From Botryllus schlosseri (taxonomy: Eukaryota): a stretch of DNA of 64,000 bases. The position numbers and the translations under genes were made by a program. Location of the stretch: assembly GCA_051294905.1 (NCBI GenBank), contig CM119371.1, forward strand, positions 29,142,001 to 29,206,000, written 5' to 3'. Each line of letters begins with the position of its first letter. The first letter of the stretch is position 1. Positions 11,623-23,324 of this stretch are shown here, in pieces. The notes beneath the pieces are model-generated. The model did not search any database. It had not been told where the DNA came from and was given only the letters and a program-made list of their open reading frames with translations.

Positions 11623-12900
11623 TTAAAAATTTCGCTCCTGTAACGATGTAGCGGCAACCCAGCGCTGTTTTTCCCAGTTACACGGAGTTACACACTTAGA
11701 GGCTCTCTGACCGTATCGATGATGATACCAGCAAAAGGGATGTAATACCATAACCTGACCTTCAGCAGAACCCGGATCATCGGATCCGTTCGGCTTTCCA
11801 CTATCTTGCATTGGTGGCGTTGGCGGTGAAAAATCTGAATGCACTGCGTTGTCATAACCAGAATTTCCCGTAAAACTAGCATCAGCGCGCTGAGCAATCG
11901 TCAACAATTCGTGGATATCAATCTCTGGCCCTTGAGCGACTAAAGCCTGGCGCACGCGTGGTTCCAAAAGTGTGACAAACATAGATCTTATTGAACGTCT
12001 ACGCGCGTCACTGTCAACATGGCCATCATGAAAGTAATTGGTATAGTAAAACGCTTGTTCCGGTGACAAACTACCTTGATTAGCAATTACCATAATGAAC
12101 ATAGCACAAGCGTGAACAGAATTTATTCCAAAAACGTTGCATGTTAATTCAGCTAGCTCAAAGCTTTGTTCCGGACAACGTGTTTCACTTTTAATATTAT
12201 TCAGTTTATCTACTACAACTAATGTCATTTGTCGTTGCATATCCGCGTCATGTGCATTCACCGAAGCCGATTCAAAATCCAAATTAGCACGCGGTGACTG
12301 TGCGGCAATATTGTGAATTGACTGTGGCGCGGTTATTTTGTGCATTGACGGCTGCGCTTGACTAGGCACTATCGATTGCGACGCTATGTCTTGCACCGGA
12401 AATCGTGCGCGTGTGAAATTTGACTGCGATAGTATTGGCGCGGCTAAATTTTCTGATGAACGCGTATCGGCGCGTATATTTTGCGTGGTCGCCGGCTCTG
12501 TTTCACGTGAGGTAACGCGCGTCTGATGTGCGAGAGGCGCTATTTGCCTGTTTCGTCGTCTTTTCGTAGTTACATTAGTCAAATCACTCAATACATTTGT
12601 TGGCGTAGTGGCAACGTTACTTAGTACAACACGATTAACTACTTCACGGTCGTCATTTGGAAGTATGCCATTATTCAAATCAATCTCAGAATCTGTATCG
12701 ATGCTCGTCCTTGCGGAATCATCCGATAACACGGACGCACTATCTGTGTCCTGAAGCTTAGATCGAGTACCACCGTGAATATCTGATTTGTTTTCATTTT
12801 TTATGCCATTAGGAGCAGTGCCTATAAGCTGATTAGAATTACCGGATAACACAGTTGCCTGTGGAATATGTTTGGCGTCACTGACTTCAGCGTGAGACAA
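11623..12900 (-). CDS. gag: Gypsy-type Gag-like protein (open 425-aa ORF)
   Basis: C-terminal FCWYHHRYGQRASKCVTPCNW zinc knuckle typical of invertebrate Gypsy Gag, helical capsid-like region, position downstream of the LTR/PBS candidate. Confidence 0.8.
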   Translation of the reverse strand: MSHAEVSDAKHIPQATVLSGNSNQLIGTAPNGIKNENKSDIHGGTRSKLQDTDSASVLSDDSARTSIDTDSEIDLNNGILPNDDREVVNRVVLSNVATTPTNVLSDLTNVTTKRRRNRQIAPLAHQTRVTSRETEPATTQNIRADTRSSENLAAPILSQSNFTRARFPVQDIASQSIVPSQAQPSMHKITAPQSIHNIAAQSPRANLDFESASVNAHDADMQRQMTLVVVDKLNNIKSETRCPEQSFELAELTCNVFGINSVHACAMFIMVIANQGSLSPEQAFYYTNYFHDGHVDSDARRRSIRSMFVTLLEPRVRQALVAQGPEIDIHELLTIAQRADASFTGNSGYDNAVHSDFSPPTPPMQDSGKPNGSDDPGSAEGQVMVLHPFCWYHHRYGQRASKCVTPCNWEKQRWVAATSLQERNF

Positions 12901-13178
12901 GTCCTAGGCTGGCTCTATTTCCGTATCTGAGCTAGACATCTGGTAAATGTATTACACAATGGTCTACACAGAAATTGAATCATACGCAATAACAACAAAA
13001 TAAGCACACAATAAGTAATATAGCATGCACAATCAACTAGGAAATGCCGTGTGAAGTCTATATACCAGAACGGAATAAGGAACACGTCACCTGAGTTGCG
13101 AAGTTATGCGTTTCTTGATGGCAATACGTCTAGAGTCTGTGATGATGATATATCCAACGAACTCGTTTCAAAGCACCA

Positions 13179-13469
13179 TGTAACAATCGTTTAATAGAGG
13201 GTATTATGTCTCTGTAAGTAGAACTCAGACAAGTAGTTGTCCTTGCGTAGGCTGCACTGTCTGGTACTTAACTGAGAGATTGTCCTCTTCGACCGCTGCT
13301 ATCGTGAACTCTTCAGACGAATATAGTGTTCAGAACACAGTTTATTCTACGTATTTTCAGTAGGTTAGCATGAATCTCATCTCGAAATTGCTATCGCACG
13401 AGTTTATAAATGGTCGATATTATCGCAATAGGAAGTATACGTCACGTGCTTATATAGCGTGAAATTACA
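13179..13469 (-). mobile_element. Candidate 5' LTR, with PBS-like TGGTGC at 13173-13178
   Basis: TGTAA...TTACA termini. TATA-like TTTATAAA, then AATAAA on the minus strand. Followed directly by TGG. No partner 3' LTR found. Confidence 0.55.
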
Positions 13470-13569
13470 CTGTTGTGATACGCCCTAGACACACCGTCGC
13501 AGTAGTGAGATGTCTTTTCAAATAAAGTTGGAAGTAAAATCTTTCCGACAAATATAGCAACCGTAGCAC

Positions 13570-13904
13570 GCGATGCGATATGTGTTAACAAATGACGGCG
13601 TAGATCACTTTTACGCGCATCTCACAGCCGTACATATTTTTTTTACCGCAGCATGCGTGAGCGTATGAGAGTTCAATGTGCTTGTTTTAGCAAAATGTCG
13701 TCCGCAAACCTCGCAACCGTGGTTCTTTATGTCGAAGTGTCCCGTAATGTGCGTTTTGATTTTGATATTTCCTTTTTGAAGAAATCTTCGACCACAAATC
13801 TCGCATTCGTGCTTCTTGACGTCGTTGTGCGTCGCCAAGTGTACTTTCAGAGTATTTTTCTTCGCGAACTGACGCCCACAAACCCAACATCGATAGGAGT
13901 TCAT
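13570..13904 (-). pseudogene. C2H2 zinc-finger array fragment
   Basis: Three C-x2-C...H-x3-H fingers (CWVCGRQF, CEICGRRF, CEVCGRHF) with a small insertion; the fourth finger is frameshifted. Confidence 0.8.
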
Positions 13905-14989
13905 TTCTATAGATAAATCGAATGTTCTTGTCGAGCGAACTGTCGAAAAAAGTTCGAATGCATACGGTTATTTCTATAAGGATATGCAATAATATAAAAT
14001 AACCTAACCTATCTTCCCTATAGGTGGGTATCGATTTACACTGCCATATTAATATTACAAGTTTAGAGAAATCGCACAAGTCGCATTCATCCTGGTGATA
14101 TAACCAAATTCGTGGTCTACAACTCGATTCGTGGTATGTAATTCTATGATAACTTATTACTATGAATCGCTATACGAATAAACCGAGAAGCGATGAAGGA
14201 TCTAAGTAATATTATAACAACCTGGTTTAATCAGTAATAATCTTAATTTATCAGACTATTGACGACTCTGTGTAGCAACTATTGCGCACTTACAAGTTTG
14301 ACTGGCAAATTGAATGCAAACTAAAATAATTTGAGAATTTTCAAATGAGTGATCCAAAAAGGTGATTGCACTCGCTTAAATATCGCTAAAACTTCTTCAC
14401 AATACATTCGGGGCTTCCGATATACCTATCCTATTTCTGTGGTCGGGCAGCTGACCGTATCTTAATCCGACAACTGCTAAATTTCGCCCTTGAAGCAAAA
14501 TTACACACATTCAACTTATTCACACATTCAAATCAACACCTGTTGCCATCCAAATCAACACCCTGTTGAAGCATCATCCTAGGTTGGACAGCCGGTGTTT
14601 GGATGGCTGTTCCTTTTTACTCATGCTTCGCTATGGCCTACAAATCAGCGCAATACAGGACAATGGTAAGATGAATAAGTATCGGTTTTGTCCAGTCACG
14701 CCGCAACGGTATTGAGTTGAAACATATTGCCTTATCGACCTCCTACTTTCGCTTGCGGTCTGCCTAACCGTCTCTACGAACGGCACGCTCGATATTGAGA
14801 ACGAAACGAAGACGGTGTTGCCCCGTGGCTATACGCTCGTTCTCGCTTTGTCTTTTAAAGCCATCGCCATCATAATCGCAAGGGTGGCGTTATCCGTTGC
14901 ATTTTCACTACCATATTGCTCACTACTATTGCGCGAAAGGCAGATGAAGTCTCTCTGATCATTAATTCTCTCTTTTTACCAGTTCAGCT

Positions 14990-15500
14990 GACGCTTCCAC
15001 AAGGTGTTTACTGATCAACTTGTACGATTTTGGAGTCATTCCTGATAATGGTATGAGTTTCAAGGAGACGTTGTAAAATTTCCAGACTTGTAAAATTTCC
15101 AAAATTTCCAGACTTGTAAAATTTCCAGAGAGATTCTCTCAAAGTCGATCAATTTAAGAAATTCATGCAAATATCCCTTCGCATTTCATTTGTCTCGATC
15201 CACTTGAGCGATAACTCTAATTTAGCTTCTTCCCATAATGTAGTTCCAGAAGACTTCAAAACACTGAAAATGTCATCATTTTCCATAAATATCACCAGCG
15301 TTTCTTGTAGAGAAATAATTCTAATGGCAATTGATTCCTCCAAATTATTGGATATTGCATTCCTTGGACGTTATAACTGTAGCATGACTGCGACGTGAAG
15401 AAGTTCAATACTTTTTTTCATCAGGAATCTCAAATTTACTGGAATATATAAATTCGATGCAAATTTTCACACTAGGATTCTACGTCTTTGAAAACGACTC
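14990..15500 (-). pseudogene. Possible BTB/BACK (Kelch-like) domain remnant
   Basis: LLHVAVMLQL...EEAKLELSLKWIETNEMRR resembles BACK-domain motifs. Stops present. Confidence 0.35.
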
Positions 15501-17343
15501 TTCCTTCGCGATCCTCCATTGTGTCGTACTTTAAAATGACTCTGAAATGATCCGAACCAGCCGACGAAACATTTTTGTGGCGTGAACACAGTGAGTTTGT
15601 TCCCTACATTCGTTTTTATTTGCTTATGCCAAAACTTAGAATAGTCTCGAGGGAGGGTATCAAATTCAGCTTGTGTTGCTCACCGTCTTTCTCGGTTATT
15701 TATGCTACCACTTCTTGACTGCATGCAATTGCAGTGCAAATCAGTCAAAGCCCTTGGATTATCACGGGAATTCCAAGATTGTCACCAGATTCCGAAGTAG
15801 TTCTCAGCGCAACGTATGTCTTCACCGTTTGCCGGCGCTAACGTACTGGTGACGAGTCGTATGATGCCTTCAACTTCTGGCGTAAAGCGAATCAATTTTA
15901 ATTGGCGTAACGCTGCTTATCTCGTCCGAGGATTCGCACTGTTAGTCTCGAAGTTTTAACGGCATAACGCTGTTCTTTTCGCCTATTTTTGGTGTAATTT
16001 CATCCTTTTTGAAGTTCGTAGTTCGTTAAGATGTGTGTGCCATATTTGAGACTGTTAATCTGGCGGCACTGTGGTTCACGGGAACGGCGGTTTCTCCGTA
16101 TGCCGTCTTGAGAGTCACAGCATTTAGTGAAGTAGAAATGCGAGTCAGCATTGGGTGAGAAGTAGGAGAAAAAATCAAGATATACTAGATATACTAGAGT
16201 AAGTAGTTTACTACTTAAGTACCTCGAAAGCAACTCCATCAAGATGTTAATCCTCCTGTTTTATGTGCTTGATCTAGTTCGAACAATAACTCGTACGAGG
16301 TTTCAACGAACAATAACTCGTACGAGGTTTCTATTATCATCAGATCAACTTGAAACATGCGACAGGATGCAGAGTGTAGTTAAAACGAAAAGACAGCCGT
16401 AACCAAGACAACAACCGTAACCAAGACAAACACCGATGACGTGAAATAACGGACAACTGACTCGTTCAGTTCTCGCGCCGTCAACGAACAAGGTCCTACT
16501 CCGCGTCTGCGCTAGACTCTTCCGTAGTCGAATCGAGTACGACGACAGCGGCATCCCCAGGAGCGTGTCTGAGTCGACGGCGAACACGGCGTTCACGTCA
16601 GACTGGACGTCCGCGTGCGAATCCTCGACACCATCCGAGTGACTTTCGTCGACGACCGTCGAAGCGCGTCTGATTGCGAATCCGAGTCGCCTGACTGGAC
16701 CGCAGCAACAGCGGGTCCCTTGATGCGAGCCAGTTGAGCAGCCACCTCGGCGTCGCCAACGTCAAACAGCCCGTCGTCGCTGTCGCTCTACCTCGGCGAA
16801 CGTCAAACAGCCCGTCGCTGTCGCTATATCTGGTCAAGAACATCCTGCAAAAGCATAGGTGCCCGATCCAACATTTCGTGTCTCCGACCAAGACGCCTCA
16901 TGCACGCCTCTCATCATAACTCGTTGACGACCCTTACAACGATGAAACGGTGGAACCGTGAAGCACTCAAAAGACACTGAATGAACACCGACCTTAAACC
17001 GGACGATGTGCACTGCACCTTTGCCCGCATTCTTTGCAGACGTATCGGTGATCACGCCGCTCCCTTCGCAGTCTCCTCTGATCAGTCATAGTTACTTAAG
17101 GAACGTAATGCTATCCTGACGCTGCGACGACAACAAGCGAATAAGTTCAGGGCGAGAGAACTTTGATATGAACGCAGTTCCCGTTAACACTTGAATATAG
17201 TCCACCCCTTGCCAAAAAAGTCCAGTCATCCCACCACCAATAAAGTCCAGTCATTCCACCACCAAGGGCGGACAGCTAGCAGTATCTAACAGAACGCAAA
17301 GGTATAGATACAAGCAAGACATGCGAGGAAACTATGATAGGCG

Positions 17344-17747
17344 GTAATTACTAAGTTCTATAACTCAGACGCACGAACATTGTGACCTGATCCTAACAAA
17401 TGGTTGCGAGATAGTGTGATGGTGAATGTCCTGGTTCTTGATCGGTAGGTCGAGGGTTCGATCCCCGGCCGGGTCGGACCAAAGACTCAAACTGTTATCC
17501 GCGGCTTTCCTGCTAGGCGCGTAAACCGGCGAACCTGTGCGCGTAGTAATTACTAAGTTCTATAAGTCAGACGCACGAACATTGTGACCTAATCCTAACA
17601 AATGGTTGCGAGATAGTGTGATGGTGAATGTCCTGGTTCTTGATCGGTAGGTCGAGGGTTCGATCCCCGGCCGGGTCGGACCAAAGACTCGAACTGTTAT
17701 CCACGGCTTTCCTACTAGGCGCGTAAACCGGCGAACCTGTGCGCGTA
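17344..17747 (+). mobile_element. Tandem 202-bp duplication containing a tRNA-derived SINE head
   Basis: Units 17344-17545 and 17546-17747. A-box tagtgtgatgg and B-box ggttcgatccc, followed by a ggtcggaccaaagact body. Confidence 0.75.
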
Positions 17748-17759
17748 AACCGACGAACC

Positions 17760-18560
17760 AATGTCGAAATGAGTAACTGATTGTAACGGGTTTCGATTTA
17801 TCGAAGGGCGAAAACAAACATAAATTGCGCGGCTGCCGACCGTGTAAAATCTCAGCAGGTGTTTTCCAGTCTATGCCCGGGTGCGGTGCACATCGGTACG
17901 CAGCGAGAAGTGTTTGGAGCGCGAAGGTGAAATCTTTTCCCCCGTCGCAATTCTTCATCAATCCAGCTTATGAAGTCTATATGAAACGCTCCGCTTCCCC
18001 GTTCAAGGACAGGTGAAAAGATGATGATACGATATGGCTGATTGCCAAATTAGAACAAAACTATCGAATTCATTCAATGTGAATTGCGGTCCTCATCCGT
18101 GACGATTGTAAAAGCCTTCGATAAGAACTCCCTCGAAGTTGATTACACACGAGGTTGTGGTAGATCCGAAATTCGTTAGTTTACCTTTAACGAAAGAATA
18201 TTTCGTAACGAAAGGATATTTCGAATGCGCATTGACGATGGCAAGATATTTTTTATTGGACCCGGAAAGTCCCAAGCTTTCAGACGTTTTGGCTGATCCG
18301 CGATACTGAAAATCAGGCGCTTTCATTACGTTACGGCACACGTCGCAATTCTTCATGAGATTTTCAATGTTGCGATTAATGAAAGGACACGTGATGTAAC
18401 CGTCAAGCCATCTGTTTCATTTTCGCGATACCCCAACGTCCTTCGTGCAACAAGGCTCGCGATGAAAGTGGCTGTGGAATTACTACGCGGTGAAATCCAT
18501 TAATATTGAGCATGACTGACGTCACCGAAAGACAAACACCAAATGCGGAAAACATCACGA
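17760..18560 (-). pseudogene. Gypsy integrase remnant
   Basis: KKYLAIVNAHSKYP, GPQFT, NGEAERF, YRCAPHP...TPAEILHGRQPR; upstream zinc-finger-like NCDVC. Many stops. Confidence 0.85.
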
Positions 18561-18950
18561 AAAGAGTCGCTCATCACTGATTACTTTTTCTGGTCATGTG
18601 GTGCCGCACCTGCTGCTCGGCTTCAGCACGCATTTTAGCAAATTGTTTGTCGGCCGTCAGCTCAATACCTTTTCGTGCCGTTGCCTCTGCTTATAGTAGA
18701 CTCGCGCTTTAACGAGCCTTTGCTCTCGGGCAGCTGCACTTGTCGTCGCGGTCTCGGGCTTCCTTTGTTGTATGGCAGCGGCACTAGACGTCGAGACCTC
18801 ATGCTCCCGTAATGGCTGAGAAACAATGCGATTTTCGTCTGACGTTGGTCGAACAGGAGAACCAGGATCCGATGCCGTCGTCTCCCCCTCCGCTACCGGG
18901 AAATACGAGTTCTGCGAAGCCGTTCGCGAAGTCCCTTGAATGGTCTAGGA

Positions 18951-19998
18951 CAGGGGTGTCAAACATACGGCGCGCGGGCCGCATCCGGCCCGCCAGGCAA
19001 CTTCATCGGGCCCGCGAAGCAATTTTGCGTTGATTGAAAAATGCTTACATTATCCTGCACATTTGTAACAAATGTGGAGATATTTTAGAGAAAATACTTC
19101 TATTAAATAATCCCTTAATTGAACATACTCGACATTTTCTGTATTAAGGGATTATTTAATGCAATTGGGGTTCAATGTCACTGACTTGTTCCCAGTGTCC
19201 ACTAGTGTGAAACCACAATGCCGCGGCCAGGTGGTATTAATGTGTTAATTGAACATACTCGACATTTTCTGTATTAACACATTAATACCACCTGGCCGCG
19301 GCATTGTGGTTTCACACTAGTGGACACTGGGAACAAGTCAGTGACATTGAACCCCAATTGCGAGACGGCAAAAAAGAGCACGGAGTTGAGAGTTGTGTGT
19401 AAAAATGAACCAAAAAGTAGTTATTCACAGAAGCGAAAACGCCAAATGAACCAAAAATTAGTTATTCACAGAAGCGAAAACGCCAATGAGGAACCATTAT
19501 ATGTAGCATACATGGAGAATATATTAGCTACGCAAATATAATTCAACTATCTATGGTCGCACTGCTGTGGTGTCACTTCTGACCGAATAGGTCCCCAGAA
19601 ATCCAACTAGTGATTTAATAATAATAAACCAAATTCCAACGTCCACTTTTACAGTTGAATATGGTGTATTCACCACAATGCATACGCAGGACTAATTCTA
19701 GATTACGACTAAAGCAAGGGGAGCATGGAAATATGACAACTTATATCGTCGTCAGCCCACTATTTTAGCGGTTCGTAACAGTATTATTTTTGCCAGTTGC
19801 ATTGCTTGCAAATAATACTGCCAGAGTAGAACAGCCATGTTCCGTGCATTATCTTTATATGCCTTATATATTAAGGTATTCAACTGAGAAGCAATGACAT
19901 CATGATGTAATATTTTGGAAACAGTCGACTGGTCCGGCCCGCGAGCGATTTTAGGGCTAGAATCCGGCCCGCGAGACAATTTGAGTTTGACACCCCTG
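18951..19998. mobile_element. hAT (Charlie-like) MITE
   Basis: TIR caggggtgtcaaac/gtttgacacccctg, CGGCCCGC subterminal motifs, CTAG-centred target. Confidence 0.85.
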
Positions 19999-20355
19999 CC
20001 CTAGGGTGTACGACAACCCCGGTTGAAGAGCACTGGCGTAGACTACACGCAAGCGTAATCTAGTCGAAATATTGAGTGGTGCGGCGCGCGCGTTTTTCAT
20101 TCAACTGCGATTTCCCGTCAAAAATAGAATTGTCCTGAACGACGTTGGTGGCAAATGGTGAATCAACATTTAAAAGTGAATTTGCTAACCAACGTTCAAC
20201 GTTTGCGTGAGTGTCAACTGCTTCATCACGCAAGGCGGGAATATCTAATTTATTATCCTGAATAACACTTGAATCAGACACGCGCTGTGAAGCTGAATCA
20301 CATATTACAACAGGAAAGATCAATTCTGAGAAGTTATCGCTGTTAGACGCATCAT

Positions 20356-21952
20356 CAGGCCTGTTTATTTTTGGATTTCTCCAAAAATAACAAAAATAGC
20401 TTAGTTTTGGATGTTTTCAAATTTTATTTTTGGAGAATCTCCAAAAATAAGAAATGAAGGTGTTTTTAGACCCAATACTACATAGAAAACTTCACCGAAA
20501 GTATGTTATTATCATGTATTCGTGTTCTTCAACACATCGACATCATCAGTGATCTTGATCTAACTTTCTAATACTTTCGTCACAAAGTCTTTGGCCTGGA
20601 GAATGCCCTCCAAATAAAAATCAGTGGGTGACGCCCGGTAGAGAACTTTCTCCCAGTTGATTTTCGGGAAATCGGCTTCGACCGTCGCAGTTGTGGGAAA
20701 CATCGAGCCATGTGGTTCCAAAGAACTGTCGCTCGTCAATAATGCGCTTGAAAGTGACTCCCATTTTGTATTGGACAGACATGCATTGGAATTGCTCTTC
20801 GATATTCTGTATCTACTCAGGTGACCACTTTGTTGTCCGCCCGCCCCGGTGTTTGTCGATCAATTCACTGAGCTGCAAATAAAGTAGCTTACATATATGT
20901 ATCACTCTTGTTTATATTATTAGAATCTAAAAGAGCGAGAAGTGTTTGTTCCGTCCTTCCTACGAGGTTGCACCACTTGGTGTGGTAGACGGGGCAGAAC
21001 CCTTTCATTCTCGGCCACTTCAATTTTCTTTATGCCGTTGATGAGCCCTGCTTTAAGGCTCCTGGCTGCCTCGAACGTGGATTGCTTCTCTTCTTCGTCG
21101 ATATTATCGAGGAGATCGAGGACTGCACACTCTGATCCTCCACGAAATTACGTGACTCAGTGAACTTGACAGTCCAGCACCCGAGGACCATAGGACCTTC
21201 CTTGCCGCGGGTGTCATTGTCCCAGTTCTCAGCTGAGCACCGAGGTCGAAGGCGTTCGACCAGGCGAGGGAGCTCATCCAGATGCTCCACGATCAGATGG
21301 CCAAGTCCATGAATCTTTGTGACGGTGGTGCCAAGCTCTGTGGCCATACGCTCGAGGACGATTAGTTGGATCTACTACTGCAGCGGAGGTGCACAGGCCG
21401 GACTTTGATCGTTTATAATCCCGAGGAGTTTGGTACGGTGTCTAGTCAACCAAGTGGTCATTTTCTTAGTTGACAACCAACATGTGTCTACAAACTTGGG
21501 GCACATACTTTTCTTTTCCTGGATCAAGTCCTGTTGCCGTTGGAGGTAGCCATTCAGTCCCATCATCGTGGGGACAAAGTTATTGTTGTAGAGGTGGCGG
21601 TATTCGGCCCGCGTCACAAGGTCCCGCCCGCACCACACTCGCACGATTTCATACCATGCCGCCTCTTTAACCCTTGTCGTGTCGCCTCTGATCCTTCCAG
21701 AGAGTGGAAGTGCCTACTTTTAGCGTTTCGGAGACCCCCTCCCGCATACACATGCTGTTTTTGTGTGTGTTTTGTGAGTTTCCTGGTTGTTTCAATGGTA
21801 TTTACACTGCTCTGACTCGTGCATTTCACTGCATTTCACTAAAGAACTTGAAAAAACATCATCCAAAAAAAGCTTATTTTTGGATGTTTTCAAATCTTAT
21901 TTTTGGAGAATCTATAAAAATAAAACCCAATATCCAAAAATAAACAGGCCTG
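20356..21952 (-). mobile_element. Internally deleted hAT transposon with transposase remnant
   Basis: TIR caggcctgtttatttttgga, 8-bp TSD cgcatcat/cacatcat. Remnant peptides VWCG..DLV, GYLQRQQDLI..CPK..T.W, and PTTATVEADF...WEK..YR...TDFYLEGILQAK (hAT C-terminal dimerisation region). Confidence 0.85.
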
Positions 21953-21978
21953 CACATCATTCATTCCGTCAGTCTTAC

Positions 21979-23131
21979 CTGGTAAAGTCCTTCCGGGCTT
22001 AACAATGTTAGGGACACCGGGACACGGCTGCGGATCAACGTGTGCTGCTGCAGGCGAAGTTGCCGCTTGCGCCGAAACTTCAGGAGTGGCTCCCGCAGAC
22101 GGCTGCGGATCAACGTTGACAGTTGACGTCGAAGCTACTGTTTGCCGGGAATCAGGATCCGAGGCAGGTGTAGGCGGCACCGAATCATTGCCAACGGGCG
22201 ACACCGAAGCACTTGCCGACTGGTTCCGAGACAGAGACGCAGACGTGCATGGCTGGTCGTGATCCGCATCTGGAACAGCGCGGCCGGTAACGCGCTCCAT
22301 CTGCCGAGCCAGGTTTCTGCTGGCACCAGATTCTTCATTGACGATCCAGCGAGTTTTGCGGCAGAAGTCCTCGTACATGACATCGACGTACTTCGCGAGA
22401 GTCGGGTCTTTTCGAAAATCCTCATTGTCACGCGTTCTCATCGTTTTTTCGGCGACTTCGGTTAGGAAGTTTAGCGCTCATGACGCGACGCGCAATTGAA
22501 TTGACATGGTAAACATGGCGTTCGAACACCTGATATAACTATGCAGAAAGTCCTGAAAAAGGGCGCCGTCGTCAGAGGGACGTAGGAGATCTCGCACCTT
22601 TCGCACGCGGTCGAGCATCTCTTCTTTCGTCATATCCGAATTGCGATTCGGGTTGGGTCCATCATTCCAAAAAGGAACGAGAAGGTCATTAATAGTTTCC
22701 AGTTTGTCCTCGAAATGCTTAATGAACTCTGGCTGGATCTTCAATCAGCTCCGACGCCGGAGTGATTTTTCTACAACGGATTACAGTTTCCGCCAGCTCG
22801 GACATGGCGTAGCCAGTCCACGACAGGTATTCGCATGTAAAAGTCTTCAATCGTTCCTTGAACGTAGCGTTGTTGAGGTCGTTGATGTCCGTTGGCAGCC
22901 CGTACGGCCGCAGAAAGTCCCTCGGGAAGTGCTCACTGAAATAAATTCGAGGCGACTTGTCCGGCGTGCTTGCAGATCTAGCCGAAGGCGAATCGAACGG
23001 ATTCCATTCAGCAGCCATTCTTTTCTTTCCGTACACGAAGTAGTAGACGTAGCAGAATACGTAGAGATCGTAATGCACGTTTGAAGCGTTTTTTTTTTCC
23101 TTTTTAGAAGCTCAGTTATGCCAATTTTCAT
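21979..23131 (-). pseudogene. Unknown protein family member 1 (frameshift near 22740, stop at 22478)
   Basis: ORFs 22719-23078, 22478-22744 and 21890-22441 join into about 370 aa ending at a CAG|GTAAG donor. Homologous to peptides at 56690-58140. Confidence 0.6.
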
Positions 23132-23324
23132 GCCATGCTCTGCTCAGAGAGTGACGTTTTTTTCCTTCTAGGTTCTGGCGTCCACCTGATATAGCAGGTT
23201 TAGGTTTTTGGCATTTTCATCATTGCTTCGTACATGAAAGGAAACGTATTTCAAAAAGCACAGAGACACTGAATATATATATCATGATAAAAAGCACATT
23301 TCAAGATGTACAAAGATACTGAAT

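Noticed and set aside
16245..17189. Possible LTR (tgttaa...ttaaca) of the Gypsy integrase remnant
   Set aside because: No second copy and no clear adjacent polypurine tract.
17404..17480. tRNA gene
   Set aside because: A and B boxes are present, but there is no convincing cloverleaf and it continues into a SINE-like body.
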